64,000 bases of DNA from an uncultured Gemmatimonadaceae bacterium (GCA_963740355.1 CAVUDW010000002.1:2080001-2144000), one strand, 5' to 3'. Numbered from the stretch's first letter, positions 27,715-38,508 are shown. Notes: generated by a model not told the origin, from the letters alone. Translations and numbers: made by a program.

Positions 27715-29349
27715 TCAGTCCAGTTTCGCCCGGGTGTGGAGCGCTACGGCGCTCCGCCTCGTGAGCGAAATGCTGGCGGTGCCATCCGAGCCGACCACGA
27801 TCGCAGCACCTGTGCAACTGGCCGCCGTTCCCCCCGATGCTGGTGTGAACTGGAACTGTGCAACATTGCAGTAGCGACCAGCGGGCAGCCGCGTTGGCAG
27901 CACCGTCGTGCCCGCGGTGGCACTGGTGCTCATGGCAAGAAAGCCAGCACCGTCGCGGCATAGTGCAATGCGATCGGCGTCGGAGTCGATCTTCCAGTCA
28001 CCACGACCACAATCGGTGGTCGGCGTTCCCGCCGCGGCCTTCCTGAACGTCACCATGTTCGCGACCGCCGGTCGGCGGTGTTCGCAAATCCACTCTGCCA
28101 GCTGTTGCGCGCCGTAGGTCACGGTGCACTTGCTCGATCCATCAGGATTGAAGCTGCTGAGCGTCGTGCCGTTGGCGTCGGACGGTGGTCCGGCATCCTT
28201 CGCCAGCTGTGCCGATCGATCGAAGCCGTAGCTCGACATGAGGCTCGGATACCCCTGCCCAATGGCAAGCATCAGGATCTGCGCCAGTTCGTACGTCGAG
28301 TCGGCATAGAACAGGGCCGAAGAACGCTGGGTGTCGTGATTGTCAATGAACACCACACTCTTGTCCGACGGCAGCAACTGCGTCGCGATTGCATTGACGG
28401 CGCCCCACAACGTGAAGCTGTTGCGGCCGTAGAACGCGTCGCTGACCCGATTGCCGTACGTGAAATCGGTGATGTCGGTCGATCCGCCCGACGCATATCC
28501 GACACCGTAGTACTGCTGTGGTGTCACGGCATCACCGCTGCCCGCGATGATCTCGAGGAAGACATACGGCTTGGCCCGACCCGCCGCCGCGGCGGCGTTG
28601 TTCACGCGGGTGAAGATCGCCTCGAGGTCTGCGGGGGCGACGTGCTTGGCGGCATCGACACGAAATCCACGGATGCCGATCTCATTGAGCGAGATCAGGT
28701 ATCGAGCGATGCGCCCGCGTACGGTGTCCGACGATGTCTCGAGGTCGGCGAGCCCGACCAGCTCGCAATTCTGTACCTGCGAAGCCACCGCGTACGAGTC
28801 GATGTTGCAGGGCGCGTGAAAATCCAGCTGCGTGTAGGGCACCGAGGGATAGCTGTACTTCGTATAGACCGTGCCGGCGCTCCCGGTACCACTGCCGGCC
28901 GTCATGTGGTTGATCACGACGTCGGCGTAGATGTCCACTCCCACCGCCTTGCAACGGGCGACCATGTCGGACAGTTCAGCCGCCGTGCCGGAGCGCGACT
29001 GATCGAGCTTGTAGCTGACCGTCTGGTAGCGCTGCCACCACGGGAAGAAGGCGCCCGCGTTGCGGACGATTGCATGCTCCGACGGCGGCGAAATCTGGAC
29101 GCCCTTGAAGCCCTTGGGCCCGAGATACACCTCGCATTCCTTCGCAATGTCGGCCCATCGCCATTCGAAGAGGTGCACGAAGACATCGCCGGCTGCCGCC
29201 CTCCCGCTCGACACATAGGTCTGGCCGAGCACCGGCGGTTGCACCACCGGCGGGATTGGCGTTGGGACGATTGTCGGCTCGGAGCTGCCACCACAGGCGG
29301 CCAGCAGGACCATCAGGGCGACCAGGCCGCCGGAAGACACACGATTCAT
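27715..29349 (-). CDS. lipoprotein alpha-amylase (GH13, animal/actinomycete-like type)
   Basis: Lipobox LAAC; FVHLFEW, WWQRYQ, DVVINH, GFRVDAAKH, FLEI, FIDNHD. The N-terminal ~315 aa of the ORF-track entry is largely antisense to the nitrilase gene. Confidence 0.92.
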   Translation of the reverse strand: MNRVSSGGLVALMVLLAACGGSSEPTIVPTPIPPVVQPPVLGQTYVSSGRAAAGDVFVHLFEWRWADIAKECEVYLGPKGFKGVQISPPSEHAIVRNAGAFFPWWQRYQTVSYKLDQSRSGTAAELSDMVARCKAVGVDIYADVVINHMTAGSGTGSAGTVYTKYSYPSVPYTQLDFHAPCNIDSYAVASQVQNCELVGLADLETSSDTVRGRIARYLISLNEIGIRGFRVDAAKHVAPADLEAIFTRVNNAAAAAGRAKPYVFLEIIAGSGDAVTPQQYYGVGYASGGSTDITDFTYGNRVSDAFYGRNSFTLWGAVNAIATQLLPSDKSVVFIDNHDTQRSSALFYADSTYELAQILMLAIGQGYPSLMSSYGFDRSAQLAKDAGPPSDANGTTLSSFNPDGSSKCTVTYGAQQLAEWICEHRRPAVANMVTFRKAAAGTPTTDCGRGDWKIDSDADRIALCRDGAGFLAMSTSATAGTTVLPTRLPAGRYCNVAQFQFTPASGGTAASCTGAAIVVGSDGTASISLTRRSAVALHTRAKLD

Positions 29350-29436
29350 GACGCGAACGAACATCGTCCGCGCAGCGGGCGTCAAGGCAAGCCCGTCCAC
29401 TGGCGCGACCACCGCGGTGCTCGGTAGCCTTCTGGC

Positions 29437-30252
29437 ATGACGACGCTTGCGGCAATCCAGATGGTCTCGACCGGCGATGTGGCGGAGAACCTGGCCACGG
29501 CCGGTCGGCTGATCGGCGACGCCGCTGCTGCCGGCGCGGATTTTGTATCGCTCCCGGAATATTTCTGCCTGATCGGAAACGGCGACGCCGACCGCCTGCG
29601 CATCGGCGAAGCCGCGGGCGACGGGCCGATCCAGCAGTTCCTGTCGGATGCCGCACGTCAGCACGGGCTCTGGCTCCTCGGCGGCACGGTGCCGATTCGC
29701 ACGCCCTCCGGCACACGTGTCAGGAATGCGAGCTGTGTGTTTGCGCCGGATGGGTCGCTCGCGGCGCGATACGACAAGATCCATCTCTTCGCGTTCGACA
29801 ACGGCCGCGAGGCGTATGATGAAGGCACGGTCCTCGAGGCGGGTGATAGCCCCGTCTCCGTGCGCGCCGCAGGCCTGCGGGTCGGATTGAGTGTGTGCTA
29901 CGACATCCGGTTCCCGGAGCTGTATCGGGCGCTCACTTTCGAAGCCGGGGAAGCGCCGCTCGACCTGATCTGTGCGCCGTCGGCGTTCACGCACTCCACG
30001 GGTTCGAAGCACTGGGAACTCCTGTTGCGGGCGCGCGCGGTCGAGAACCAGTGTTACCTGATGGCGTCGGCCCAGGGCGGTGTGCACCCGAACGGCAAGC
30101 GCACGTGGGGCCACTCCATGGTGATCGATCCCTGGGGAGAAATCCTCGCCTGTGTGGATGAAGGGGAGGGCATTGCCATGGCCACCCTCGATGCTGACCG
30201 CCTCGCCGCCGTCCGGGCACAGCTCCCGGCCCTCGGCCACCGGAAGCTCTGA
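29437..30252 (+). CDS. carbon-nitrogen hydrolase, Nit1/deaminated glutathione amidase-like
   Basis: LPEYF, YDKIHLF, VCYDIRFPE (E-K-C triad), RARAVENQ, GHSM. Confidence 0.9.
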   Translation: MTTLAAIQMVSTGDVAENLATAGRLIGDAAAAGADFVSLPEYFCLIGNGDADRLRIGEAAGDGPIQQFLSDAARQHGLWLLGGTVPIRTPSGTRVRNASCVFAPDGSLAARYDKIHLFAFDNGREAYDEGTVLEAGDSPVSVRAAGLRVGLSVCYDIRFPELYRALTFEAGEAPLDLICAPSAFTHSTGSKHWELLLRARAVENQCYLMASAQGGVHPNGKRTWGHSMVIDPWGEILACVDEGEGIAMATLDADRLAAVRAQLPALGHRKL

Positions 30253-30315
30253 GCGCCTCCTGATGTTTCTGCGCCAGCCGCAGGTGCCGTTCAACTGGCC
30301 GCGTAGATTTGTCGG

Positions 30316-31890
30316 ATGCAGTCAAAGCTGAATTTCGACAACCGATTCGTCCGTGAGCTCCCCGGCGATCCCGACACCACTGATTCGCGCCGGCAAGTGC
30401 TGCACGCCTGTTGGAGCTGCGCCAGCCCGACGCCTGTAGCAGCACCACGGCTCATTGCACACGCCCGTGAAGTTGCGGCGCTGCTCGGCCTCTCCGATGA
30501 TGACGTGCGGTCGCCGGCCTTCGCGGAGGTGTTCGGGGGCAATGGCCTGATGGATGGCATGCAGCCCTACGCGGCCTGCTACGGCGGCCATCAGTTCGGA
30601 CACTGGGCGGGCCAGCTGGGTGACGGGCGCGCGATCACACTTGGCGAGACGGTGAACGCTGCCGGAGAGCGGTGGGAGTTGCAGCTGAAGGGCGCTGGCC
30701 CCACGCCGTATTCGCGCACGGCTGACGGGCGTGCGGTGCTGCGCTCCTCCATTCGCGAGTTTCTCTGCAGCGAAGCGATGTATCATCTCGGCGTGCCGAC
30801 CACACGAGCGCTGTCGCTGGTGGCCACGGGTGATGCGGTGCTTCGCGACATGTTCTACAACGGTGATGCGAAGCTCGAGCCAGGAGCCGTCGTCTGTCGC
30901 GTCGCACCGAGCTTTGTGCGTTTCGGGAACTTCGAGATCCTCACCGCCCGTGACGACAAGCCACTGCTCGAGAGGCTGGTGGACTTCACCATTGCGCGTG
31001 ACTTTCCGCACCTCGATGGACCACCGGCAGAACGGCGTACGCGGTGGTTCCACGAGGTATGCGAACGCACCGCGGTGATGATCGTCCACTGGATGCGCGT
31101 CGGCTTCGTGCATGGCGTGATGAATACCGACAACATGTCGATTCTCGGCCTCACGATCGACTACGGTCCGTACGGGTGGCTGGACAACTACGATCCGGAG
31201 TGGACTCCGAATACGACCGATGCTGGCGGACGCCGCTATCGATATGGACAACAGCCAGCCGTGGCGCAGTGGAACCTGGTGCAGCTCGCGACGGCGATCG
31301 CGCCGCTCTTCGACGGCACCGAGGAACTGCAGCAGGGGCTGAATCACTATGTCGCGGTCTACCGCCGTGAATTCGAGGCGATGACCTGCGCCAAGTTCGG
31401 ATTCGTGGCCAGCAATGACGCCGTGCAGGAACTGATGGCCGAGGCCTACGCCTTGCTGGTCGAATGTGAGTTGGACTACACGCGATTTTTCCGCGCACTC
31501 GGTGACTTGCCCGACTCACTGCCTGCCGATTCGCCGGTCGTGCCGCTCCTCGGTGACATCTACTACGATGACGCGCGCCTCGCGCTGCATGGCGCAGCAT
31601 TGGACGCGTGGATCCGTCGCTGGCATGCCTCGCTCGACCCCGCGACCGATACACATGCCGCCCGACGCGCGCGCATGCACGCCGTCAATCCGCGCTACGT
31701 CTTCCGCAACTATCTCGCGCAGCAGGCCATCGATCTGGCAGAGTCGGGCGACGACTCGATGATCCACGAACTGCTCGACGTCCTGCGCCGGCCGTACGAC
31801 GAACAACCTGGCCGCGATGCCTTTGCGGAACGCCGACCCGACTGGGCGCGCAACAAGGCCGGCTGCTCGATGCTGTCATGCAGCTCGTGA
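30316..31890 (+). CDS. selO: protein adenylyltransferase SelO (YdiU)
   Basis: YGGHQFG...[47 protein letters not shown]-terminal LSCSS. Confidence 0.96.
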   Translation: MQSKLNFDNRFVRELPGDPDTTDSRRQVLHACWSCASPTPVAAPRLIAHAREVAALLGLSDDDVRSPAFAEVFGGNGLMDGMQPYAACYGGHQFGHWAGQLGDGRAITLGETVNAAGERWELQLKGAGPTPYSRTADGRAVLRSSIREFLCSEAMYHLGVPTTRALSLVATGDAVLRDMFYNGDAKLEPGAVVCRVAPSFVRFGNFEILTARDDKPLLERLVDFTIARDFPHLDGPPAERRTRWFHEVCERTAVMIVHWMRVGFVHGVMNTDNMSILGLTIDYGPYGWLDNYDPEWTPNTTDAGGRRYRYGQQPAVAQWNLVQLATAIAPLFDGTEELQQGLNHYVAVYRREFEAMTCAKFGFVASNDAVQELMAEAYALLVECELDYTRFFRALGDLPDSLPADSPVVPLLGDIYYDDARLALHGAALDAWIRRWHASLDPATDTHAARRARMHAVNPRYVFRNYLAQQAIDLAESGDDSMIHELLDVLRRPYDEQPGRDAFAERRPDWARNKAGCSMLSCSS

Positions 31891-31924
31891 CATTCGACTG
31901 ACGACCAGAGCGCTCGCCAGAAGC

Positions 31925-31960
31925 CAGAAGGGGCGCCACATCACTGCGGCGCCCCTTCTG
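31925..31960. terminator. hairpin between convergent genes
   Basis: CAGAAGGGGCGCC/GGCGCCCCTTCTG 13-bp perfect stem. Confidence 0.7.
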
Positions 31961-31982
31961 ACTTCGTACGGATGCGTCGTGG

Positions 31983-33434
31983 TCAGAGCTCGGCGTCGGC
32001 TTCGATCTCGACCAGGTAGCCCTCGCCGATCAGCTTGGCCTGCACCATCGTGTTCGCCGGCAGGATGGCACCAAACCGCTCGCCGAGGGCACGTGCGATC
32101 GGCTCCCAGAGTGAGATGTCATCCACGAAGACGCGCGTGCGAACCACGTCCGCGAGCGTGCCGCCCAGCGAGATCAACGAGCCTTCGATCTTGTCGAGCA
32201 CGAAATGTGTCTGGGCTGCCGCATCGTTCCGGCCGATCGGGAGCGAACCATGTGTTGCAGTGGTACCAGCGACATGGATGTGGTTATCGAAGCGCGTGGC
32301 GCGGCTGTATCCTGCCAGCGGTTCCCAGACAGTCCCGCTCAAGCAATACGAGCGTCGGTCACTCACCTTGTGCACGGCGTACGGTGCGGGAAATGCATCG
32401 ACGTGATGACTCAGGTCCCCTGACGCCGTGAGGTACGGGGGCCGTCGATATTCATCGCCGCAGTCGCCGGGAATCGGCGTCAGTGTTGCCAGCACGTCGC
32501 GCAGTGCGCGGCGATCGTCGTCGTCAAAACGGAGCGACGTGATGCGCGCATTGTCGTCGATGTGCGCGCGTTCGCCGAGTCGCGCGCCGATGATCACGCC
32601 GGCAACATGCGGGAAGTCGAGGATGTGGCGGCAGGCGACATTCGCCATCGACACATTGTGCTTGGCCGCAATCGCAGCGGTGACCTCGAGCACGCGTTGC
32701 AAGGCTGGCCAACCGCCAGCGGCTTGCATGAACCGACCGTACTTCATCAACGACCAGGTCTTCAGGTCGTCCTTCGGCGGCTCGGGCCGCGCCTGCCAGC
32801 GCGCCGTGAGGAGCCCGCCTGCCACGGTGCCGTACGCCAGCACCTTCACGCCGTATTGCTCGCAGACCGCGGCCATGCGACCGGCGGCACGTTGGTCGAG
32901 CAGCGAGAACGACACCTGGTTCGTCAGGATCTGGATGCCGCTGGCGACAGCGATCCGCAGGTGTGCGGCGTCGAAATTCGTCACCCCGATGTGGCGAATC
33001 AGTCCCTCGGCCTTCAACTCGCCGAGATAGCTCAAGGCATCGAGCCAGTGTGCATCGGCAAACGTCCACGCATGAAACTGCATCAGGTCGATCGGCTTGC
33101 CCTGCAGCCGGTCGGCGGCACGTTCGACGGCCGCGCGAACCTCGTCCTTCGAAATCGGGCCGGGTTTCGGCACCCACTTCGTGAACAGTTGCGTGGGAAT
33201 ATCCCGATGAGCGATGCGGTACTTTCCCGCAATCAGCTCGGCCGACCCGTAGTGATCCGCCATGTCGAACGTGGTGAAGCCGGCCGCAGCGTAGGGATGC
33301 ATCGCCTCGGCGGTCGCATCGAGGTCCAGCACCTGGCCATCGCGTTCCATGTCGGCGATCTGCCAGAGGCCGGTGACGATACGCGAGATCTCGAGGTCCG
33401 GAGCGAGAGACAATCGTTCGACGGATACAGTCAT
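31983..33434 (-). CDS. aldo/keto reductase fused to a C-terminal Rid (YjgF/YER057c/UK114) domain
   Basis: FDMADHYG, FTKW, MQFH, IRHIGVTNF; C-terminal WEPLAGYSRA...VAGTT...VVRTRVFV...LVEIEADA. Confidence 0.88.
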   Translation of the reverse strand: MTVSVERLSLAPDLEISRIVTGLWQIADMERDGQVLDLDATAEAMHPYAAAGFTTFDMADHYGSAELIAGKYRIAHRDIPTQLFTKWVPKPGPISKDEVRAAVERAADRLQGKPIDLMQFHAWTFADAHWLDALSYLGELKAEGLIRHIGVTNFDAAHLRIAVASGIQILTNQVSFSLLDQRAAGRMAAVCEQYGVKVLAYGTVAGGLLTARWQARPEPPKDDLKTWSLMKYGRFMQAAGGWPALQRVLEVTAAIAAKHNVSMANVACRHILDFPHVAGVIIGARLGERAHIDDNARITSLRFDDDDRRALRDVLATLTPIPGDCGDEYRRPPYLTASGDLSHHVDAFPAPYAVHKVSDRRSYCLSGTVWEPLAGYSRATRFDNHIHVAGTTATHGSLPIGRNDAAAQTHFVLDKIEGSLISLGGTLADVVRTRVFVDDISLWEPIARALGERFGAILPANTMVQAKLIGEGYLVEIEADAEL

Positions 33435-33452
33435 GTGTTGTGCACTCGGGAG

Positions 33453-34962
33453 TCAGTCAGCGGGCAGGGTCGCGAAGATGGCGTCCACATCCACGCCACG
33501 TCGGCGCAGTGCAGCCACTTCACGAAGGTAGATCAGCGTCGCAAGCGCCATCACCAGCACCCAGACGGGAGTCGAGCGGAAATACCATGCCGTGGCGGGC
33601 GCGGACAGATCCTTCCAGATGTGCATGGCCAGGAATGAGCCGATGACGATGATGCCGACGATTGACACCACCAACTGCGCACCCCGATTCGGCAGTACCC
33701 GCACGTCACGTGCGATGGCCGGGTTGCGGCCTGGCAGCGTCAGGACCGACAGGCACATGACCATGTAGTTCGCCAGCATCGCGGTGACGAGAATGTCGAC
33801 GCCGAGAAAGAAGTCGCCCGCCAGATGACAGCCGAGAATCGAGACGGTGGCCATCGAGGCACTGGCGAGGATCGCGACATGAGGCGTGCGGAAACGCGCA
33901 TGCAACGCTGCCACCGATTTCGGAAAGATCCCGTCCTCGGCCCACGCGAACATCAATCGCGACACCGAGAGAATCATCGCCGGCACATCCTTCGCCAGGG
34001 CGACTGCGCCGCCGGCGACGATCGCCACCGTCCATCCATTCGGCAGGACATAACCCAGCAATCCCGGGTGCGTTCACGTCCCGGATATTGGATTGTTCCG
34101 CCACATACTGCCACGGCACGGCGTGATAGACCGCCGCCGTGAACAGGATGTAGAACACACTCGAACAGAGGATCGCGAGGCCGATCGCGAGCGGCAGCGT
34201 GCGGTTCGGGTTCTTCGCCTCGCCTCCTGCCTGCGCGATGGCGTCAAAGCCGATGAAGCCGCTGAACAGCACCGTGGCCGCGGTGAAGAAGATGCGGGCC
34301 GTCATCGGCGTGTCGGCGCGTTGAGGCATCGCGCGCCCCTCCTTGGCCAACACGGCGCGAGCGAAATCGGCCTGGTCGAACATGAAGCCGGCCACGATCA
34401 CGACGCCACCGAGCACGAAGACGAGTCCAAGCAGCGGCACCAGAATCCGCTCGTACGACTTGATACCGAGGATGTTGACCGCCGTGAAGAACCAGAGCAC
34501 GGCCAGCGGAATGCCAAGCCGCATCGTACCGGTCTCGAGTGTGGCAGCGGCTGTCGTCCACTGGGCTGCGGTGGCCACGTCGCGAAGGAAGGGCACCAGC
34601 ACGTACGACACCACGCCGATCGCAACGCAGACGGCAAACCACTGCGAAAAGCTGGCGATGAAGCCGAGGTACGGGTGCAGTGCGCGGGTGGCATAGACGT
34701 AGCTGCCACCGGCGCGAGGCATCGCCGAGGCGAGGATCGCGTAAGCGAGCCCAGCAAAAAGCGCAGGCACGGCGCCAAACAGGAATGCGGGCAGTACCCA
34801 GGGGCCGATGCCCGGGACATTCCGCTGGATCATGAACGGGATGATGTTGATCCCGGCCCCAACCATCGAGGCGATGCCGGTCGCCGTCAGGGCGACCAAA
34901 CCCATCTCGCGGGCAAGTCCTTGGCGGCCCGCGAGCGGGGGTGGCGCAGTTGGCGAAGTCAT
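33453..34962 (-). pseudogene. APC-family amino acid permease split by a single-base frameshift near 34063-34068
   Basis: N-part (AMPRAGGSYVY, GFDAIAQAGGEAKNP) and C-part (SRLMFAWAEDGIFP...RFRTPHVA) are in different frames; removing one base from CCCGGG joins them as NAPGLLGYVLP. Confidence 0.85.
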
Positions 34963-35101
34963 CGGTCGACATTCTATCGGGCCGCCACGTTTCCTGCCCG
35001 CCCCTCACGGCGTCTGCTGCAACGGACGGTCAGGTTGCCTGATCTCGCTACCCCCGGTCCGGCCACTCCCGTACGCACCACCCTGCTCGCCGATCCATCA
35101 C

Positions 35102-36799
35102 ATGCGCACCACTTCCACCCGCCTGATTGCGGTCCTGATCCTCGCTGCCTGCTCGAAAGCGCCACAACCGACGCCAGAGAAGGCGCAGGTCGTCGAGTCG
35201 TTCCTGACCGCACCGCTGCCGATCGAAGTCGAGGCGGCGATCGATACCCATACCGTCATGCGGCACATCCGCGTGCTCGCGTCCGATTCGCTCGAAGGGC
35301 GGCTGCCCGGCTCGAACGGCGAGGCGCGCACGGTGGAGTATCTGGAAGCGCAGTTCGCTGCCCTCGGACTGAAGCCCGGCAACACCGATGGCAACTTCGT
35401 GCAGAAAGTGCCGCTGGTGGGAATCACGGTGCAGGGTGCACCCACGTTGACCATCTCCGGCAAGGGCGGATCGCGCGCACTCCGCTGGCGCACCGATTAC
35501 GTCGCCTGGACGAAGCACGTGGCCGAGTCGGCGTCGCTGGCCAACTCCGAACTGGTGTTCGTCGGCTACGGCGTCGAAGCGCCGGAATTCGGCTGGGACG
35601 ACTTCAAGGGTGTCGATGTCGCCGGCAAGACACTGGTCATGCTGGTGAACGATCCACCACTGGCCGACACCGCGCAGTTCGGCGGCCCGCGCATGACCTA
35701 CTACGGCCGCTGGACTTACAAGTACGAACAGGGCATGAAGCACAAGGCGGCCGGCGTGCTGCTGATCCACGAGACGGAGCGCGCGGGTTACCCGTTCGCT
35801 GTCGTGCAGGGGAAGACGGCCGAACAGTTCGACCTCGTGACGCCGGACCGGAACATGAAGCGCAGCAGTGTCGAGGGGTGGCTCACCCTCGAACAGGCGA
35901 CCGCGATTCTTGGTATGGCGGGACAGAACTTCGAAGAGTTGAAAGCCCGCGCGGCGACGCGTGCGTTTCGACCTGTGCCACTCGGTGTCACCGCCAGTGT
36001 GCAGCTGCGGAACCGCCTGCGGAAAGTCGATTCACACAACATTGCCGCGCGTCTCGACGGTAGCGAACCGACGTTGCGCGACCAGTTCGTGGTCTACACG
36101 GCGCACTGGGATCACTTCGGCATCGGCGAAAAGGTCAATGGCGACTCGATCTACAATGGGGCGGCTGACAACGCCAGCGGCGTCGCAGGCATGCTCGCCA
36201 TTGCGAAGGCCTTCGTGGCGCTGCAGGAAGCGCCGCAGCGATCGATCCTCTTCGTGGCCGTGACCGCGGAGGAGCAGGGCCTCCTCGGTTCGCAGTTCTA
36301 CGGCGTGACACCGATCTACCCGCTGGCGCGGACGCTGGCCAACATCAACATCGATGGGCTCAACACCTGGGGGCCAACCAAGGACCTGACGGTGATTGGA
36401 CTCGGCGCCTCGGAGCTGGATGACTACGCGAAGGCGGCAGCCGCGGAGCAATCACGCGTCCTCAAGCCGGATGCGGAGCCCGAAAAGGGATTCTACTACC
36501 GGTCCGACCACTTCAACTTCGCGCGTGTCGGCGTGCCGGCGTTCTTCGCCGAAGGTGGCACGGAGTATCTCGGCAAGCCCGCCGACTTCGGCCGGCAGAC
36601 GCGCGATGCGTACACCGCGAACGACTATCACAAGCCGTCCGACGAGATCAAGCCGAACTGGGACCTGAGCGGCGCGGTGCAGGATCTGAACCTGTTCTTC
36701 GCGATGGGTTATCGCATCGCGAATGCCCCCCGTTTCCCGCAGTGGCGACAGGGCAATGAATTCCGCGCCATTCGCGACGCGCAGCTCGGCACGCGCTGA
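35102..36799 (+). CDS. lipoprotein M28 family peptidase with PA domain
   Basis: Lipobox LAAC; TAHWDHFG, NGAADNASG, TAEEQGLLGS, RSDHFNF, YHKPSD. Confidence 0.92.
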   Translation: MRTTSTRLIAVLILAACSKAPQPTPEKAQVVESFLTAPLPIEVEAAIDTHTVMRHIRVLASDSLEGRLPGSNGEARTVEYLEAQFAALGLKPGNTDGNFVQKVPLVGITVQGAPTLTISGKGGSRALRWRTDYVAWTKHVAESASLANSELVFVGYGVEAPEFGWDDFKGVDVAGKTLVMLVNDPPLADTAQFGGPRMTYYGRWTYKYEQGMKHKAAGVLLIHETERAGYPFAVVQGKTAEQFDLVTPDRNMKRSSVEGWLTLEQATAILGMAGQNFEELKARAATRAFRPVPLGVTASVQLRNRLRKVDSHNIAARLDGSEPTLRDQFVVYTAHWDHFGIGEKVNGDSIYNGAADNASGVAGMLAIAKAFVALQEAPQRSILFVAVTAEEQGLLGSQFYGVTPIYPLARTLANINIDGLNTWGPTKDLTVIGLGASELDDYAKAAAAEQSRVLKPDAEPEKGFYYRSDHFNFARVGVPAFFAEGGTEYLGKPADFGRQTRDAYTANDYHKPSDEIKPNWDLSGAVQDLNLFFAMGYRIANAPRFPQWRQGNEFRAIRDAQLGTR

Positions 36800-36844
36800 G
36801 CGGCGTCGTCGGTCGTGCGTCGAAAGGTCCGCGACGAGGACCGT

Positions 36845-37564
36845 TTAGCGCAGCTCGGCGGGGTCTCGCTCGCGCATCCGCACCGGTTCGAACACCGGTG
36901 CGCCGGCGCCACCGACGTTCGCACGTGACACCGGATCGGTCATGGCCTGCGTGAGGAAGCGCTGGCCTTCGCCGATCCGCTCGACTTCGATGGCCACCGC
37001 CTCGAGCGCGTTTTCCATCTTGTCCATGCGTTCGCGCACCGCCGCTGCCTCCGCCTGCTGCTGGCGATCGAATCTCGCGCTCCGTGGCCCGAAGACCCGA
37101 CGCGCGAACTGAATGGCGAGTGGCATCAGCAACGCAAAGCTGAAGATCGTGATCAGGTTCGGGTTCACGCGGCCGAGAAAGCCGCGATCGCCGCCGCCGC
37201 CCTGCGCCGCCTGCGTGTAATCGCGCGACCGCGCCGGTGCATTGGCCAGCTCGGCCGAGTTGGTGGCCATGTCCTTCTCGATCTGGATCAGCCGCTCGTC
37301 AAGGACACGAAGCCGGCTCTCGAGCCCGGGACGCTCCGATGCCTGCGTCTCCGCGTCACGAAGCTGCTCAGCCACCTCGTCGCGGCGCCCTTGCACCGAT
37401 TCGAGCTGGTTGCTGAGCGCCGAGCGCTTCGCGCGAAGGAATTCGGCCTGCTCGGGCGAAATCGGCCCAATCGGCGCCGTCGGCGCCGTGGTGGCGACCG
37501 GTTGGCCGGGGGCGGGCGTCGCTGAGGCAGGAGCTTGGGCGTCCGCTGCTCTGGTCTGGGGCAT
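36845..37564 (-). CDS. hypothetical coiled-coil/TM protein
   Basis: Coiled coil, TM segment (LITIFSFALLMPLAI), then MENALEAVAIEVERIGEGQRFLT; start at 37564 inferred. Confidence 0.75.
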   Translation of the reverse strand: MPQTRAADAQAPASATPAPGQPVATTAPTAPIGPISPEQAEFLRAKRSALSNQLESVQGRRDEVAEQLRDAETQASERPGLESRLRVLDERLIQIEKDMATNSAELANAPARSRDYTQAAQGGGGDRGFLGRVNPNLITIFSFALLMPLAIQFARRVFGPRSARFDRQQQAEAAAVRERMDKMENALEAVAIEVERIGEGQRFLTQAMTDPVSRANVGGAGAPVFEPVRMRERDPAELR

Positions 37565-37775
37565 ATGCCAGATACGGTCGCCTGTACCGGCCGGTTTCGC
37601 CACCCTCCGGCCGAAACCGATGACCAAGGCGCCGCTGGATCGTCGTGAGCGTGGACGAACAGGGGTTTGCCGGTCGCGGCGTCCCCTTGGCATCCCGTGT
37701 TGCACCGCTGTCGCTGCACCGCCGCGCGTGTCCCACCCGACCGCATGGCATCGCTGCACCCCTCGCTTGGCCCAT

Positions 37776-38180
37776 ATGCAACGGCTTCCTCCACCCAGGC
37801 GCCGACGCGCCTTCACGCTGCTCGAGCTCCTCGTGGTGCTCGTGCTGCTCGGGCTGTCCGCTGCCTTTGTCCTTCCGTCGCTTCGACTGCCCGCCCGCTC
37901 CACCGAGCCGGCGAGTGCCATCGAGCGTGCGCGAGCCGTCGCCGTGCGTCGCGGCGAAGCCGTGCGCCTGCAGTTCGACAGCCGCGGGGCGTGGACGGTC
38001 CGCGCAACTGCCGACACTACCGGAGCGACCCTCCTCTCCGGAACCGTTCCCACGGCGTCCGGAGAGGCTGTCGCACAGTCCGTTGTGATCTCCGCGCTCG
38101 GGGCCTGCCTGCCCGAGGGCCAGTCCGTCGTCGGTGCCAGCGCGTGGGATCCCACGCGATGTGCCGCGGCCCGGCACTGA
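37776..38180 (+). CDS. gspH: T2SS minor pseudopilin GspH-like
   Basis: RRRA|FTLLELLVVLVLLG prepilin motif; first gene of the cluster. Confidence 0.7.
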   Translation: MQRLPPPRRRRAFTLLELLVVLVLLGLSAAFVLPSLRLPARSTEPASAIERARAVAVRRGEAVRLQFDSRGAWTVRATADTTGATLLSGTVPTASGEAVAQSVVISALGACLPEGQSVVGASAWDPTRCAAARH

Positions 38181-38508
38181 TCGTCGAAAACAGATGACGC
38201 TTCTCGAATCCATCGTCGCACTCGTGATCCTCGGCCTCGCCGCCGTTGGCTTCCTGGAGCTGTTCCAGCGAGCCAGCGTCGCCACGCGCGACACCGCGTC
38301 GTGGTCGCATGCCGTTGCGGTCGCCGAGCTGACGATGGAACGGGCCGTACTCCGCACCGAGGCGTCGCGCGACACGGTTGGCGGCCTGCAGCGTCGCGTC
38401 GAGATCCGTCCGTGGACGCTTGGCCTGCGCGAGATCGTCGTCACTGTCGATGTGCCGCCTCCCGCTGGCGCGACGGTCGTGTTGCATCGCTTGGTGGCGG
38501 CACAATGA
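38161..38508 (+). CDS. gspI: T2SS minor pseudopilin GspI-like
   Basis: MTLLESIVALVILG with Glu+5; located between H and J; start uncertain (38134, 38161 or 38194). Confidence 0.65.
   Translation: MPRPGTDRRKQMTLLESIVALVILGLAAVGFLELFQRASVATRDTASWSHAVAVAELTMERAVLRTEASRDTVGGLQRRVEIRPWTLGLREIVVTVDVPPPAGATVVLHRLVAAQ

Noticed and set aside
29350..30294. N-terminal 315 aa of the 859-aa ORF 27715-30294
   Set aside because: Mostly the antisense shadow of the nitrilase-family gene; the amylase begins at a lipoprotein signal near 29349.
31870..31920. Selenocysteine read-through at the selO TGA
   Set aside because: The Sec-equivalent position is already TGC (LSCSS) and TGA follows the normal C-terminus; the downstream hairpin is explained as a terminator.
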